Of a stretch of 64,000 nt of DNA, positions 44,969-56,666 are shown in pieces (the stretch's first letter is position 1; each line of letters opens with the position of its first letter). The notes below the pieces were generated by a model that ran no database searches, was not told the origin of the DNA, and saw nothing but the letters and a program-made list of their open reading frames with translations. Source of the DNA: Eubacteriales bacterium (GTDB taxonomy: Bacteria; Bacillota; Clostridia; Oscillospirales; CAG-272); the NCBI GenBank assembly GCA_045576095.1, contig JAZNFP010000003.1:3993-67992 (forward strand), in the 5' to 3' direction. The position numbers and the translations under genes were made by a program.

Positions 44969-45336
44969 TGATTCTGATAGATCTGATCAAGGCCTTTGCC
45001 GTTGGAGGTGCCTTCTGCGCGATCGCGCAGATTCTGATTGATCTCACCAAGCTGACGCCGGCGCGTATTCTGGTTCTGTACGTTTCCGTCGGCGTTTTTC
45101 TCGGAGCGGTCGGCCTTTTCGAGCCCCTTCTGGATTTTGCGGGCTGCGGAGCCTCGGTACCGCTCGTCGGCTTTGGCGGAATCGTTGCAAAGGGAGTTCG
45201 GGAGGCGATTGATAAGGACGGCGCCATCGGAATTCTTGGCGGCGGACTCACCGCAGCCTCCGTCGGCATCACGGCGTCTCTTCTTTTCGGCTATCTCGTT
45301 GCGATTCTGTTCCGCGGCGGTCCGAAGAAAATGTAA
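44968..45336 (+). CDS. spoVAE: stage V sporulation protein AE (AEB-type)
   Basis: 122 aa. AFAVGGAFCAIAQILID...GASVPLVGFG. Overlaps the spoVAD stop. Confidence 0.8.
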   Translation: MILIDLIKAFAVGGAFCAIAQILIDLTKLTPARILVLYVSVGVFLGAVGLFEPLLDFAGCGASVPLVGFGGIVAKGVREAIDKDGAIGILGGGLTAASVGITASLLFGYLVAILFRGGPKKM

Positions 45337-45341
45337 AGAAA

Positions 45342-45373
45342 AGAGAGCAAGCACGGACTCGTGCTTGCTCTCT
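45342..45373. terminator. bidirectional terminator (spoVA operon / GT2 gene)
   Basis: Perfect 14-bp stem AGAGAGCAAGCACG-GACT-CGTGCTTGCTCTCT, with A-rich and T-rich flanks. Confidence 0.75.
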
Positions 45374-45387
45374 TTCATTTACACGTT

Positions 45388-46095
45388 TCATCCTTTGATT
45401 CTCTTTTTTATTTTTCTGACGTCCCGAATCATTCTTACACTGTCGCGGAAAAAATGAATCGTTGAGGGACGGTGGTTCACGATCTTGACGGGATACTCCT
45501 CAATCCTTCTTCCGAGGCGGCGGGCAATCAAAATGATCTCCAGATCAAAGGCGAAGCGATCAACCTCTGCAAGAGAAAAGATTTTTTGTGCCGCCTCGCG
45601 GCGAAACGCCTTGATACCGCTTTGAGAATCGCTGAGTCCAAGACCCCCGTAGACCGAAAGAAAGCGGAGATACCCCTTTGAGAGAAGCTTTCTCGGAAGG
45701 GTATAGCCCGCGTAGCCCTCGGGATGCTTCGAGCGCGAGCCGATCAGAACGTCAACCGATGGATTTTTCTCCATATATCCGAAAAACTCTCCGATGATCT
45801 CGCTGCCGTATGCAAGATCACAATCGGTAAACAGCACGATCTCTCCTCTCGCCTGCAAAACGCCGGTTCTTACGGCACAGCCCTTTCCTCGGTTCGGAAG
45901 ATAAGAAACGATCCGAGTATGCCCGTCCTGCTTTTTCTTTAACAGGTCAAGGCTTTTATCCGTCGAGCCGTCATCAATATAGATCACCTCGTAATCCTCG
46001 CCAAAGCGCTCTTTCAGAGAAAGAGAGAGCTCGTCCATCGTTTTTTCAATAATTTTTTCCTCGTTATAGAGCGGAATACAAAGAGAAATCTTCAT
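45388..46095 (-). CDS. family 2 glycosyltransferase (polyprenyl-phosphate glycosyltransferase-like)
   Basis: ISLCIPLYNEEK...VIYIDDGSTDKS...NRGKG.A...TDCDLAY (DXD). Confidence 0.8.
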   Translation of the reverse strand: MKISLCIPLYNEEKIIEKTMDELSLSLKERFGEDYEVIYIDDGSTDKSLDLLKKKQDGHTRIVSYLPNRGKGCAVRTGVLQARGEIVLFTDCDLAYGSEIIGEFFGYMEKNPSVDVLIGSRSKHPEGYAGYTLPRKLLSKGYLRFLSVYGGLGLSDSQSGIKAFRREAAQKIFSLAEVDRFAFDLEIILIARRLGRRIEEYPVKIVNHRPSTIHFFRDSVRMIRDVRKIKKRIKG

Positions 46096-46183
46096 TCGGA
46101 CCGTTCCTTTGATACGTTTTTTTTATTATATCAAAAATCCCAAAAAAACGCAACACAAAAAAATGCTCGGATTCCGAAAAAAC

Positions 46184-46192
46184 TTATCCACA
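46184..46192 (+). promoter_or_regulatory. perfect DnaA box TTATCCACA
   Basis: Exact 9/9 match to the consensus, 4 nt upstream of the dnaA -35 hexamer. Confidence 0.8.
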
Positions 46193-46196
46193 TCTG

Positions 46197-46225
46197 TTGA
46201 AAAATTTAATCTACTATGTTATAAT
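46197..46225 (+). promoter_or_regulatory. predicted sigma-A promoter of dnaA
   Basis: TTGAAA-17 nt-TATAAT. Confidence 0.6.
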
Positions 46226-46261
46226 ATTATAAATTAAGTTTTATTTAAGTGAGGAATGAAG

Positions 46262-47659
46262 ATGGACGCATTAAACGACGTCGGAAAAGCAGTGCTTTCG
46301 GTTCTTCAAAATACGTTTGCGTCTACGATATACGAGCTTTGGTTTCAGGATCTGAAGCTCATAGGACTGAGCGAAAGCGAAGCGGTTTTCCAGATTAACA
46401 ATTCCTTTAAGCAGAAGATTCTGCAGAGCCGTCACGCAGACAATCTCAAAAGAGCGCTCGCAGAGGTCATCGGGTACGATGCGGAGATCAAGATCGTCTC
46501 AAGCGAGGGAGAGGACGGCTTTACGATCCCGACCTTCGAAAAGAAGCAGGAGACCTCTCCCCCGCCCGCCGAGGAAGCCGAATCCTTCAATACCGCGGCT
46601 GCCATTGAAAGCAGAACGATCGTTGAGGAATACACCTTTGATAATTTCATCGTCGGAGATTCCAATAAATTTACACACGCCGCATGTATGGCGGTTGCCA
46701 TGTCGTCCATCAACAAGGGAAAGAGTCAAACAGGGTATAACCCGATCTACAATCCTCTTTTCATTTACGGACCGAGCGGTGTCGGAAAAACTCATCTTCT
46801 CTTTGCGGTAACAAACGAAATCAAGCGCAATAATCCAAACGTCCGTCTGATGTATAAGAAGGGAGAGGAATTTACCAACGAGCTGATTTCCAGCATCAAA
46901 AACTCAACGCAGCCGGCTTTCCGCGAAAAATACCGCACGGTAGACGTTCTGCTTATCGACGATATTCAGTTCATTGCGGGCAAGGAAGCAACGCAGGAGG
47001 AATTTTTCCATACCTTTACTGCCTTGTACGAGGAGGAAAAGCAGATCATTCTCACCTCCGACCGACCGCCGAAGGATATCAAAACTCTTGAGGACAGGCT
47101 CCGCACCCGATTTGAATGGGGTCTGCTTGCCGACATACAGCCGCCGAGCTTTGAGCTCCGAACGGCAATCATTAATAAAAAGGCGGAAACGCTCGGCGTT
47201 GACATTTCCCCCGACGTCGTGGAATATCTTGCCACAAAGCTCCAAAATAACATACGGCAGATTGAGGGCTCGATCAAAAAAATTGCGGCGATCAGCCTTC
47301 TGACCCGCTCTCCCGTCACCATCGAGCTTTCCCGCCGCGCGATCTCGGACGTTCTTTCGGGCAATGAGCCTGTGAATATTACGGTTGATCGCATTCTCGC
47401 CGCCGTTTCAAAGCGCTACGGAATCTCCACCGAGGATATCAAGGCAAAAAAGAGATCCGCCGATATCGTCAATGCAAGACACATTTGCATTTATCTGATC
47501 CGCCAGCTGACCGATATTTCCTTTAATTCGATCGGTGAATTTTTCAGCCGCGATCATGCAACGATCATCTCTGCATTCAAAAAGGTAGAATCGAACGTTT
47601 CCACCAATCAGAACTTTGCAAGTGAGATTGAAGAGCTGATGGCAGAGCTGAAAAATTAA
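46262..47659 (+). CDS. dnaA: chromosomal replication initiator protein DnaA
   Basis: FIYGPSGVGKTHLL (Walker A), LLIDDIQF, and the C-terminal box-binding domain (VNARHICIYLIRQLTDISFNSIGEFFSRDHATI). The ATG at 46262 is 6 nt after GAGGA; the track start is 46256. Confidence 0.95.
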   Translation: MDALNDVGKAVLSVLQNTFASTIYELWFQDLKLIGLSESEAVFQINNSFKQKILQSRHADNLKRALAEVIGYDAEIKIVSSEGEDGFTIPTFEKKQETSPPPAEEAESFNTAAAIESRTIVEEYTFDNFIVGDSNKFTHAACMAVAMSSINKGKSQTGYNPIYNPLFIYGPSGVGKTHLLFAVTNEIKRNNPNVRLMYKKGEEFTNELISSIKNSTQPAFREKYRTVDVLLIDDIQFIAGKEATQEEFFHTFTALYEEEKQIILTSDRPPKDIKTLEDRLRTRFEWGLLADIQPPSFELRTAIINKKAETLGVDISPDVVEYLATKLQNNIRQIEGSIKKIAAISLLTRSPVTIELSRRAISDVLSGNEPVNITVDRILAAVSKRYGISTEDIKAKKRSADIVNARHICIYLIRQLTDISFNSIGEFFSRDHATIISAFKKVESNVSTNQNFASEIEELMAELKN

Positions 47660-47974
47660 ACGGTGGACAAACGGTTGATTCAACCGTGGAAACGCGGTGG
47701 AAAAAAAGTGGATGACCGAAAAGAGAGAAAATAGGAAAAGTTATCCTCTCCGTCCACTTTTTAGAAACCCTCTCTCCACAGTGCAGAGTCTTGTAAAAAG
47801 AGGTAAATTTTTCTGTCTGCATAAGGTATTTCCGAGTTTTCCCGATTTTCCACCGTTCCTGATACTACCTCTGCTGTTTCCCTTATCCTTATCGTTATCT
47901 TTTCGTTTTCGTAAATAAAATGAACGGCTCAAAAATGCCGCATGGTTGATTGTTTCAACCGAAAGGAGCTTTCA
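47660..47974. other. oriC, right part (dnaA-dnaN spacer) with clustered degenerate DnaA boxes and an AT-rich stretch
   Basis: Nine-mers with 2 mismatches to TTATCCACA or its complement at 47662, 47696, 47707, 47741, 47772, 47846 and 47883. AT-rich stretch at about 47895-47935 (TTATCTTTTCGTTTTCGTAAATAAAATG). Confidence 0.65.
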
Positions 47975-49123
47975 ATGAAAATCGTTTTCTCAAAGCAAAG
48001 TCTGATGGAAAAGCTCGTTCCCACGATGAGCACCGTTTCCGGAAAGAATACCATTACCTCTATTGAAGGAATTTTGATTGAAACGGTCGGAGAAAATACC
48101 GTCCGTCTTTCCTCTTACGATATGAATAAGGGAATCCGTACCACAACGGAGGCAGTTTCGGTCATTGAGGAAGGAAGCTATATTATCAACGCACAGCGCC
48201 TGTTCCAGATCGTAAAGCTTCTCGGCGAGGACGAAATCACCCTTGAGGTTGATGCAAAGCTCAACGTCACGATCTCCTCGGGAAATTCCAGCTTCTCTCT
48301 CTTTGCGCTCAACGGCTCGGATTTTCCGAACCTTCCCGAGCTGACGGGAGATAAGGGATTTTCGGTCAGTACATCGGTTTTGAAGACCATGATTTCCAAG
48401 GTTCTTCATTCGGTTGCCGAGCAGGATAACCGTCAGATGCTCTGCGGTGCCTATTTCGTCATTGAGAAAGGACAGATGGAGATCGTATCCTGCGACGGAT
48501 ATACGCTTTCGCGTTGCATCGTAACGAGTGAGATCAATGACATCGGACGCGTTGCCAGCACAAAATTCTCCTTCATCATTCCCGGACATGCGCTTACCGA
48601 GCTGATCCGTATTCTCCCCGATAAGGACGAGCTGGTTTCAATTTATCTTTCGAGAAAGCACGCAATCGTCGAGATGAACGGGATCACCTTCTTTACGAGA
48701 ATGATCGACAGCGAATACATCGACTATCATCGGATTCTTCCGAAGGATCAGAGCATCTTTGTCAAGATCAACCGCGCAAGATTTCTTGAAGGACTTGAGA
48801 GAGCCAACCTCGTTGCCGAGGAGAAAATTCAGGGAAGCGGAAAGAGCTACGTCCGTCTCTCAATTTTGGAAAACGACTTCTCTCTTTCGTCCAACTCTGT
48901 CAACGGAAACGTTTTCGATACCATGTCCTGCTCTCACGAGGGAGCCGATATCACGATCGGCTTCAATTGCCGTTTCCTGATTAACAGCGTACGTGCCGCA
49001 GAGGGAGAGGAGCTTTTGATAACCCTGAAATCTCCGACCCAGTCGATTACGGTGGAGCCTTCCGAGCAGAAGAAAAACTTCAGCAGCTTCTATATGATTC
49101 TGCCGGTTCGTATGACCGAATGA
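47975..49123 (+). CDS. dnaN: DNA polymerase III beta sliding clamp
   Basis: MKIVFSKQSLMEKLVP..., three-domain length (382 aa), AAGGAG SD, position after dnaA. Confidence 0.9.
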   Translation: MKIVFSKQSLMEKLVPTMSTVSGKNTITSIEGILIETVGENTVRLSSYDMNKGIRTTTEAVSVIEEGSYIINAQRLFQIVKLLGEDEITLEVDAKLNVTISSGNSSFSLFALNGSDFPNLPELTGDKGFSVSTSVLKTMISKVLHSVAEQDNRQMLCGAYFVIEKGQMEIVSCDGYTLSRCIVTSEINDIGRVASTKFSFIIPGHALTELIRILPDKDELVSIYLSRKHAIVEMNGITFFTRMIDSEYIDYHRILPKDQSIFVKINRARFLEGLERANLVAEEKIQGSGKSYVRLSILENDFSLSSNSVNGNVFDTMSCSHEGADITIGFNCRFLINSVRAAEGEELLITLKSPTQSITVEPSEQKKNFSSFYMILPVRMTE

Positions 49124-50217
49124 TCTTAAACCGACTTCGTGCAGAAAATTACAGGAATATTCTCTCGGCGAATCTTTCCTTCGAAAATGGCGTCAATCTT
49201 CTGTTCGGTGAAAACGCACAGGGAAAAACAAACGCTCTTGAATGCATTTATTCCTTTGCAAGAGGAAAAAGCTTTCGCGGAACGTCGGATGGCGATCTCG
49301 TTCGCTTTGGCGCAAGAGGATTTTCAAGCGAAATCACCTTTACGAACCGTGAAAGGCAGCAAACGCTTTCCTATTGCTACGAGGATGGGGAGAGAAAAAG
49401 GCTTCGCAACGGCGTGAGTCTGACAAAGCAGACCGATATGATCGGTCATTTCCGTGCCGTTCTCTTTTATCCCGAACATTTGCAGCTGATTAAAGGAGGC
49501 CCCTCGGAGAGACGAAGCTTTCTCAACGTGGCGATCTCTCAGTGTTATCCCGCTTATATGAAGCTGTACGCCGATTACAATCGGGTTCTTGAGAATAGAA
49601 ACTGTCTTCTGAAGCTTGCACAAAAGGGACTTGTATGCGACAAGGCAGAGCTTGACAGCTGGACCGAGGCTCTCTGCTCATCTGCCGCCGCCGTTTTGAC
49701 TTATCGCCGTCTTTATCTGGAAAAGCTCGGTGAGTTCGCTTCCCCTCTCCTTTCGGATATTTCCGGAAAAAAAGAATCGCTTTCTCTTTCCTACGAAAGC
49801 GACGTCTCAGAGACCAATGAAAACGATATAAGGGATGCTTATCGCATTCTTTTCGAAAAAAATCAAACGAGGGAGATTGCGGCGGGATGCTCTCTGTTCG
49901 GGGTTCATCGCGACGATCTCGGCGTTTTTCTCAACGGAATCAGCGCAAGAAGCTTTGCCTCTCAAGGACAGCAGCGCTCCATCGTTTTGGCGCTTAAGCT
50001 TGCAGAGGGCGAGGTTTCGAAAAGCTTGACGGGGGAATATCCTGTATTTTTGTTTGACGACGTATTAAGCGAGCTCGACGAGCATCGACGAGCATATGTT
50101 TTGTCAGATCCGGGCGACCGTCAATTTATTTTAACCGCCTGTGAGGATTCGGGCTTTGACCTTGGAAGCGTGAATATGCTTTTGGTTTCCGAGGGTGTCT
50201 TTACGAAGAAGGAATAG
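49120..50217 (+). CDS. recF: DNA replication and repair protein RecF
   Basis: L.AENYRN...LFGENAQGKTN (Walker A), SQGQQRS (signature motif), LFDDVLSELD (Walker B). ATGA overlap with dnaN. Confidence 0.9.
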   Translation: MILNRLRAENYRNILSANLSFENGVNLLFGENAQGKTNALECIYSFARGKSFRGTSDGDLVRFGARGFSSEITFTNRERQQTLSYCYEDGERKRLRNGVSLTKQTDMIGHFRAVLFYPEHLQLIKGGPSERRSFLNVAISQCYPAYMKLYADYNRVLENRNCLLKLAQKGLVCDKAELDSWTEALCSSAAAVLTYRRLYLEKLGEFASPLLSDISGKKESLSLSYESDVSETNENDIRDAYRILFEKNQTREIAAGCSLFGVHRDDLGVFLNGISARSFASQGQQRSIVLALKLAEGEVSKSLTGEYPVFLFDDVLSELDEHRRAYVLSDPGDRQFILTACEDSGFDLGSVNMLLVSEGVFTKKE

Positions 50218-50221
50218 ACGG

Positions 50222-52512
<2,291 letters not shown>

Positions 52513-52527
52513 AGGGGGAAGCCGTAT

Positions 52528-55095
52528 ATGGAAAAAAATCTCACGGGAGACATCTCTTATCCCGAACAGAAAATCGTTGGGCGCAATATGGAAAAGGAGC
52601 TGAAAAACTCCTTTATCGAGTATTCGATGAGCGTCATTACGAGCCGCGCGCTTCCCGACGTCCGAGACGGAATGAAGCCCGGTCAGCGCCGTATTCTTTA
52701 TGCTATGTACGAGGATCGGCTTACCTACGATAAGCCCTTCCGTAAATCGGCAACCACGGTTGGTAACGTGCTCGGCCGCTATCATCCGCATGGAGATGCG
52801 GCTGTTTATCAGACGATGGTTCGTATGGCACAGCCCTTTTCTCTGCGTTATCCTCTGATCGAGGGGCACGGAAACTTCGGTAACATTGACGGTGACGGTG
52901 CCGCCGCCTACCGATATACCGAGGCGAGAATGGCAAAGCTTGCCGATCAGATGATGTCGGATATTGAAAAGAACGTCGTTAATTTCCGTCCGAACTTTGA
53001 TAACTCGAGAAAGGAGCCCGAGGTTCTTCCCTCCCGCTTCCCGAACCTGCTTGTCAACGGCTCGGTCGGTATTGCTGTCGGTATGGCGACCAATATTCCG
53101 CCGCATAACCTCGGTGAGGTGATCGACGGTATCGTTTACCGTATGGATCATCCCGACTGCTCGGTCAGCGAGCTGATGGAATGTATTAAGGGTCCCGATT
53201 TTCCGACTGCCGGCGTGATTTACGGCTCGCGCGGAATGCTCGATGCCTATACGACCGGAAAGGGACGCGTGATCGTCCGTGCCAGAGCAAAAATCGAGGA
53301 AGAGAACCGCCGCATTATCGTTACCGAGATTCCCTACGCCGTCAACAAGAGCTTTCTTGTCGAGGGGATTGCCAATCTTGTCAAGGATAAAAAGATTGAG
53401 GGCATCACTGATCTGCGCGATGAATCGGGCCGTGCGGGAATGAGGATCGTTATCGAGTATCGCCGCGATGCAAACGCCGAGGTCATCCTAAATCAGCTCT
53501 ACAAGTATTCGCAGCTGCAGGAGACCTTTGCCGTCAATATGCTGGTGCTTGTCGGCGGAGAGCCGCGCATTCTTTCGCTTCCCGAAATTCTTGATCAGTA
53601 TATCACCTATCAGGAGGGCATCATCGTTCGCCGAACGCAGTTCGATCTGGATCGCGCACAACGGGAGATGCATATCTTTGAGGGATATAAAATCGCCATT
53701 GACCATATTGACGAGGTCATCAATACGATCAGACGAAGCGAGTCGATTCCCGATGCCAAGGCAAAGCTCATGGAAAAATTTTCTCTGACCGATCCGCAGG
53801 CACAGGCAATCGTTGAGATGACGCTGGGACGCCTTTCGGGAATGGAGAGACAGAAGGTAGAGGAACGGATCCTGAAGCTGACCGCGCAGGTAAACGATCT
53901 GAAGGGGATCCTTGCCGATATCGGCCGCGTGCGCGAGATCGTCAAGAGCGAGCTTTATACCATGAAGGAGAAGTTCGGGGATGAGCGCCGCACCGAGCTT
54001 GTCGAGGCAAGTGACGAAATTGACATCGAGGATCTCATTCCCCGTCATACCTGCGTCATTACGACGACCGAGAGCGGCTACATCAAGCGTCAGCCCGCCG
54101 ATACCTACTCGGCACAGAACCGAGGCGGAAAGGGCATCATCGGCATGACGACCAAGGAAGAGGATTACGTCGATAACGTTATTATTACGAGCAGCCATTC
54201 GCTTCTGATGTTCTTTACGAGCGAGGGCCGCGTGTACACCAAGAAGGCGTACCGTATTCCCGAGGCTTCGCGGACCGCAAAGGGCTCGAACATCGTCAAT
54301 ATTCTCGAGCTTGGCGAAAACGAGAGGATTACCTCGATCATCAGCGTGGACGAGTTCTGTGAGAATGAGTATCTCGTGATGGTCACCAAGAGAGGTATCA
54401 TCAAAAAGACCTCGATCATGGAGTATGAGTATCAGAGAAGATCGGGTAAGATTGCTCTGACGCTCGATGAGGGAGACGAGCTTCTCTTCGTACGCCGCAC
54501 GGACGGAAACGGAGAGCTGATCATTGCAACGAGAAACGGTAACGCAGTCAAGTTCCGCGAGGATACCGTGCGTGCGATGGGACGCGGCGCAAGAGGCGTT
54601 CGCGGAATTTCGCTCGATGCAGACGATTTTGTCGTCGGAGTTGCACTCGTTGAGGAGAATAAAAAGCTCGTTACGGTCACCGAGGGCGGCTTTGGAAAGC
54701 GTACCGATTATGACGATTTTCGTCTGATGATGCATCGCGGCGGAAAGGGTGTCAAGTGTCACAATATTACCGAAAAAACCGGTAAGCTTGCGGCAATCGC
54801 CTCGGTTGAGGAAAAGGACGATCTGATGATGATTACCAACGAGGGAACCATCATCCGTATTCCGATCGACGGTATTCCGATCTACTCAAGAAGCGCCGGG
54901 GGCGTGATCGTGATGCGCCTTGCCGAAACATCAACGATCGTCAATATTGCGCGGATTGCCTATGAGGAGCCGAAGATTTTTGAGGGAGAGTCGGACGAAA
55001 ATACGGAGAGCGAGAACGAAAAGCCTGCCGAGAATGCACCTGCCGCACTCTCAAGCGAAACCGAAAAGGAAGCTTATCAAAATGAGAACGCTTAA
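52528..55095 (+). CDS. gyrA: DNA gyrase subunit A
   Basis: [44 protein letters not shown] (QRDR), [11 protein letters not shown] (catalytic Tyr), and C-terminal beta-pinwheel repeats. Confidence 0.97.
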   Translation: MEKNLTGDISYPEQKIVGRNMEKELKNSFIEYSMSVITSRALPDVRDGMKPGQRRILYAMYEDRLTYDKPFRKSATTVGNVLGRYHPHGDAAVYQTMVRMAQPFSLRYPLIEGHGNFGNIDGDGAAAYRYTEARMAKLADQMMSDIEKNVVNFRPNFDNSRKEPEVLPSRFPNLLVNGSVGIAVGMATNIPPHNLGEVIDGIVYRMDHPDCSVSELMECIKGPDFPTAGVIYGSRGMLDAYTTGKGRVIVRARAKIEEENRRIIVTEIPYAVNKSFLVEGIANLVKDKKIEGITDLRDESGRAGMRIVIEYRRDANAEVILNQLYKYSQLQETFAVNMLVLVGGEPRILSLPEILDQYITYQEGIIVRRTQFDLDRAQREMHIFEGYKIAIDHIDEVINTIRRSESIPDAKAKLMEKFSLTDPQAQAIVEMTLGRLSGMERQKVEERILKLTAQVNDLKGILADIGRVREIVKSELYTMKEKFGDERRTELVEASDEIDIEDLIPRHTCVITTTESGYIKRQPADTYSAQNRGGKGIIGMTTKEEDYVDNVIITSSHSLLMFFTSEGRVYTKKAYRIPEASRTAKGSNIVNILELGENERITSIISVDEFCENEYLVMVTKRGIIKKTSIMEYEYQRRSGKIALTLDEGDELLFVRRTDGNGELIIATRNGNAVKFREDTVRAMGRGARGVRGISLDADDFVVGVALVEENKKLVTVTEGGFGKRTDYDDFRLMMHRGGKGVKCHNITEKTGKLAAIASVEEKDDLMMITNEGTIIRIPIDGIPIYSRSAGGVIVMRLAETSTIVNIARIAYEEPKIFEGESDENTESENEKPAENAPAALSSETEKEAYQNENA

Positions 55096-55747
55096 ATCCG
55101 TTTCCATCTGCCTTCTTCTTCTCTGTACCGTTTTCTCGGTTGTTGCCTGTCAAAAAAAGGACGTGATCCACAGTGAGGCGGAGATCCTTGCGGCAGCAGA
55201 GGAAAAGATATCCGAGTCGGTTCTCTGGAACAGAATTTTCTTCATAGAGGGATTTCCGATTCTTGAGGGGGGTCGCACAACGGGAAATTATCAGGAGGTC
55301 GATCCCGCATATCTTGAGAGCATCGGAATGTCGCGTATTTCTGAGATCATTTCCTACGGGGAGACGCTTTACTCAAGCTCGATGATGGCGCTTTTTGAGG
55401 AAACGCTGTTCAACTCCATCAAGAACGGAGTCGGTGGCGTTTCCACGTCAGCGGTATGCTTTGATTATACCGAAAGGATCGACGGAGCCGATCGATTCAT
55501 TTGCGTGATGGTCGATTCGAACGAATCTCCCCGATTTTTTGCATCCGAGGTTGAATATCTGTTTGATACGATGCAGGTGGAATTCAACCGCAACGGACGC
55601 GCAACCGTCTCGCTGTCGGTGAAAAAGCTCGGTGCGGAGCAAGGGGAAGATACTCTTCGTCGGCTTCGGGTCAATCTTTCGCTTGAAAATGAAGTCTGGC
55701 TTCTGGATTCCTATACCTTCGTCGTATTTCCGAGCGAGGAGTCTTAA
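55082..55747 (+). CDS. hypothetical lipoprotein
   Basis: From the ATG at 55082: [27 protein letters not shown] (signal peptide plus lipobox Cys). Overlaps the last 14 nt of gyrA in another frame. Confidence 0.6.
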   Translation: MRTLKSVSICLLLLCTVFSVVACQKKDVIHSEAEILAAAEEKISESVLWNRIFFIEGFPILEGGRTTGNYQEVDPAYLESIGMSRISEIISYGETLYSSSMMALFEETLFNSIKNGVGGVSTSAVCFDYTERIDGADRFICVMVDSNESPRFFASEVEYLFDTMQVEFNRNGRATVSLSVKKLGAEQGEDTLRRLRVNLSLENEVWLLDSYTFVVFPSEES

Positions 55748-55770
55748 TTCAAAAGGGAAAGGAGAGCCCC

Positions 55771-56250
55771 ATGCGCTTTTCTGAAAAGCTGATTCTTTTG
55801 CGAAAAAGAAAGGGAATGACGCAGCAGGAGTTTGCGGTTGCGGTTGGCGTATCGAGACAGTCTGTTTATAAATGGGAAAGCGGTCAGTCTTATCCCGAGG
55901 CAGAAAAGCTGATGGAGATCCGCCGTCTGTACGGTGTCAGCATCGATCATCTTCTCGATGAATCTATTTCTTTTCCTTTCCCGTCCCATGCGGAGTCAGC
56001 CTCGTTTATTGAGATAAAAAAAGAAGTATTGACAACACCCCCTTCGGTTTCAACCGAAAAGAAAGAGCCTGTGGCTTCATTGGATGCGTCGGAGTCTCTC
56101 ACTCCGGCGGAGCCTGAGCCAAGGGTAACACAAACAAAGAGAATCGAGGTACACCGTCCCGTTTCGACGGTCGTTTCGGTTCGAAAAAAGAAAAAGATGC
56201 CAAGCACGCTGAAGGAGATCGTCGGTACGTTTTTTGGAAAGCGCCGATAA
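55771..56250 (+). CDS. XRE-family helix-turn-helix transcriptional regulator with a disordered C-terminal half
   Basis: LILLRKRKGMTQQEFAVAVGVSRQSVYKWESGQSYPEAEKLMEIRRLYGVSIDHLL. GGAAAGGAG SD. Confidence 0.8.
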   Translation: MRFSEKLILLRKRKGMTQQEFAVAVGVSRQSVYKWESGQSYPEAEKLMEIRRLYGVSIDHLLDESISFPFPSHAESASFIEIKKEVLTTPPSVSTEKKEPVASLDASESLTPAEPEPRVTQTKRIEVHRPVSTVVSVRKKKKMPSTLKEIVGTFFGKRR

Positions 56251-56339
56251 GAAACCTTTGCCCGTGCCGTGCATAATGCAGATGCTCACGGTCGATACTT
56301 TTCGGTAGAGATGTTATCTTTTACCGAAAGGAGCATGAT

Positions 56340-56624
56340 ATGGTGAAGGGCTGTGAGCGCAGAGTCGTGTATTTGAAAAACACCGACAGTACGGTGTTTG
56401 AGGAGGCATTCTTCGTGATGAAGGATGCAAAAAATGAAAAACCCCCCTCTTGTCTGGAAATGGTGAGGGAGGCAAATCGGATATTGAATGAAAATATGAC
56501 CGTTGAGGGGACGTCCTGCGAGCCATCACGCCCCTCCTTATCCATTTGGCAGGCAGGGCTCTCCTTTCTTTCGGGAGCCGCCCTGGCAAGCAGCTTGTTC
56601 GCTTTGTTTTTCTGCCTTTTATGA
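56340..56624 (+). CDS. hypothetical small protein with a C-terminal transmembrane anchor
   Basis: 94 aa. A soluble N-terminal part (RRVVYLKNTDSTVFEEAFFVMK...MVREANRILNEN) and a hydrophobic tail (LSFLSGAALASSLFALFFCLL). AAAGGAG SD. I cannot assign a family. Confidence 0.5.
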   Translation: MVKGCERRVVYLKNTDSTVFEEAFFVMKDAKNEKPPSCLEMVREANRILNENMTVEGTSCEPSRPSLSIWQAGLSFLSGAALASSLFALFFCLL

Positions 56625-56666
56625 AAACGGTAGCAGGTGCGGCTCGTTTTGACAGAAAGGAAATCT

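Larger units (their letters stand above)
46096..46255. other. oriC, left part / dnaA upstream region
   Basis: AT-rich 160-nt spacer holding the only perfect DnaA box and the dnaA promoter. Confidence 0.65.
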
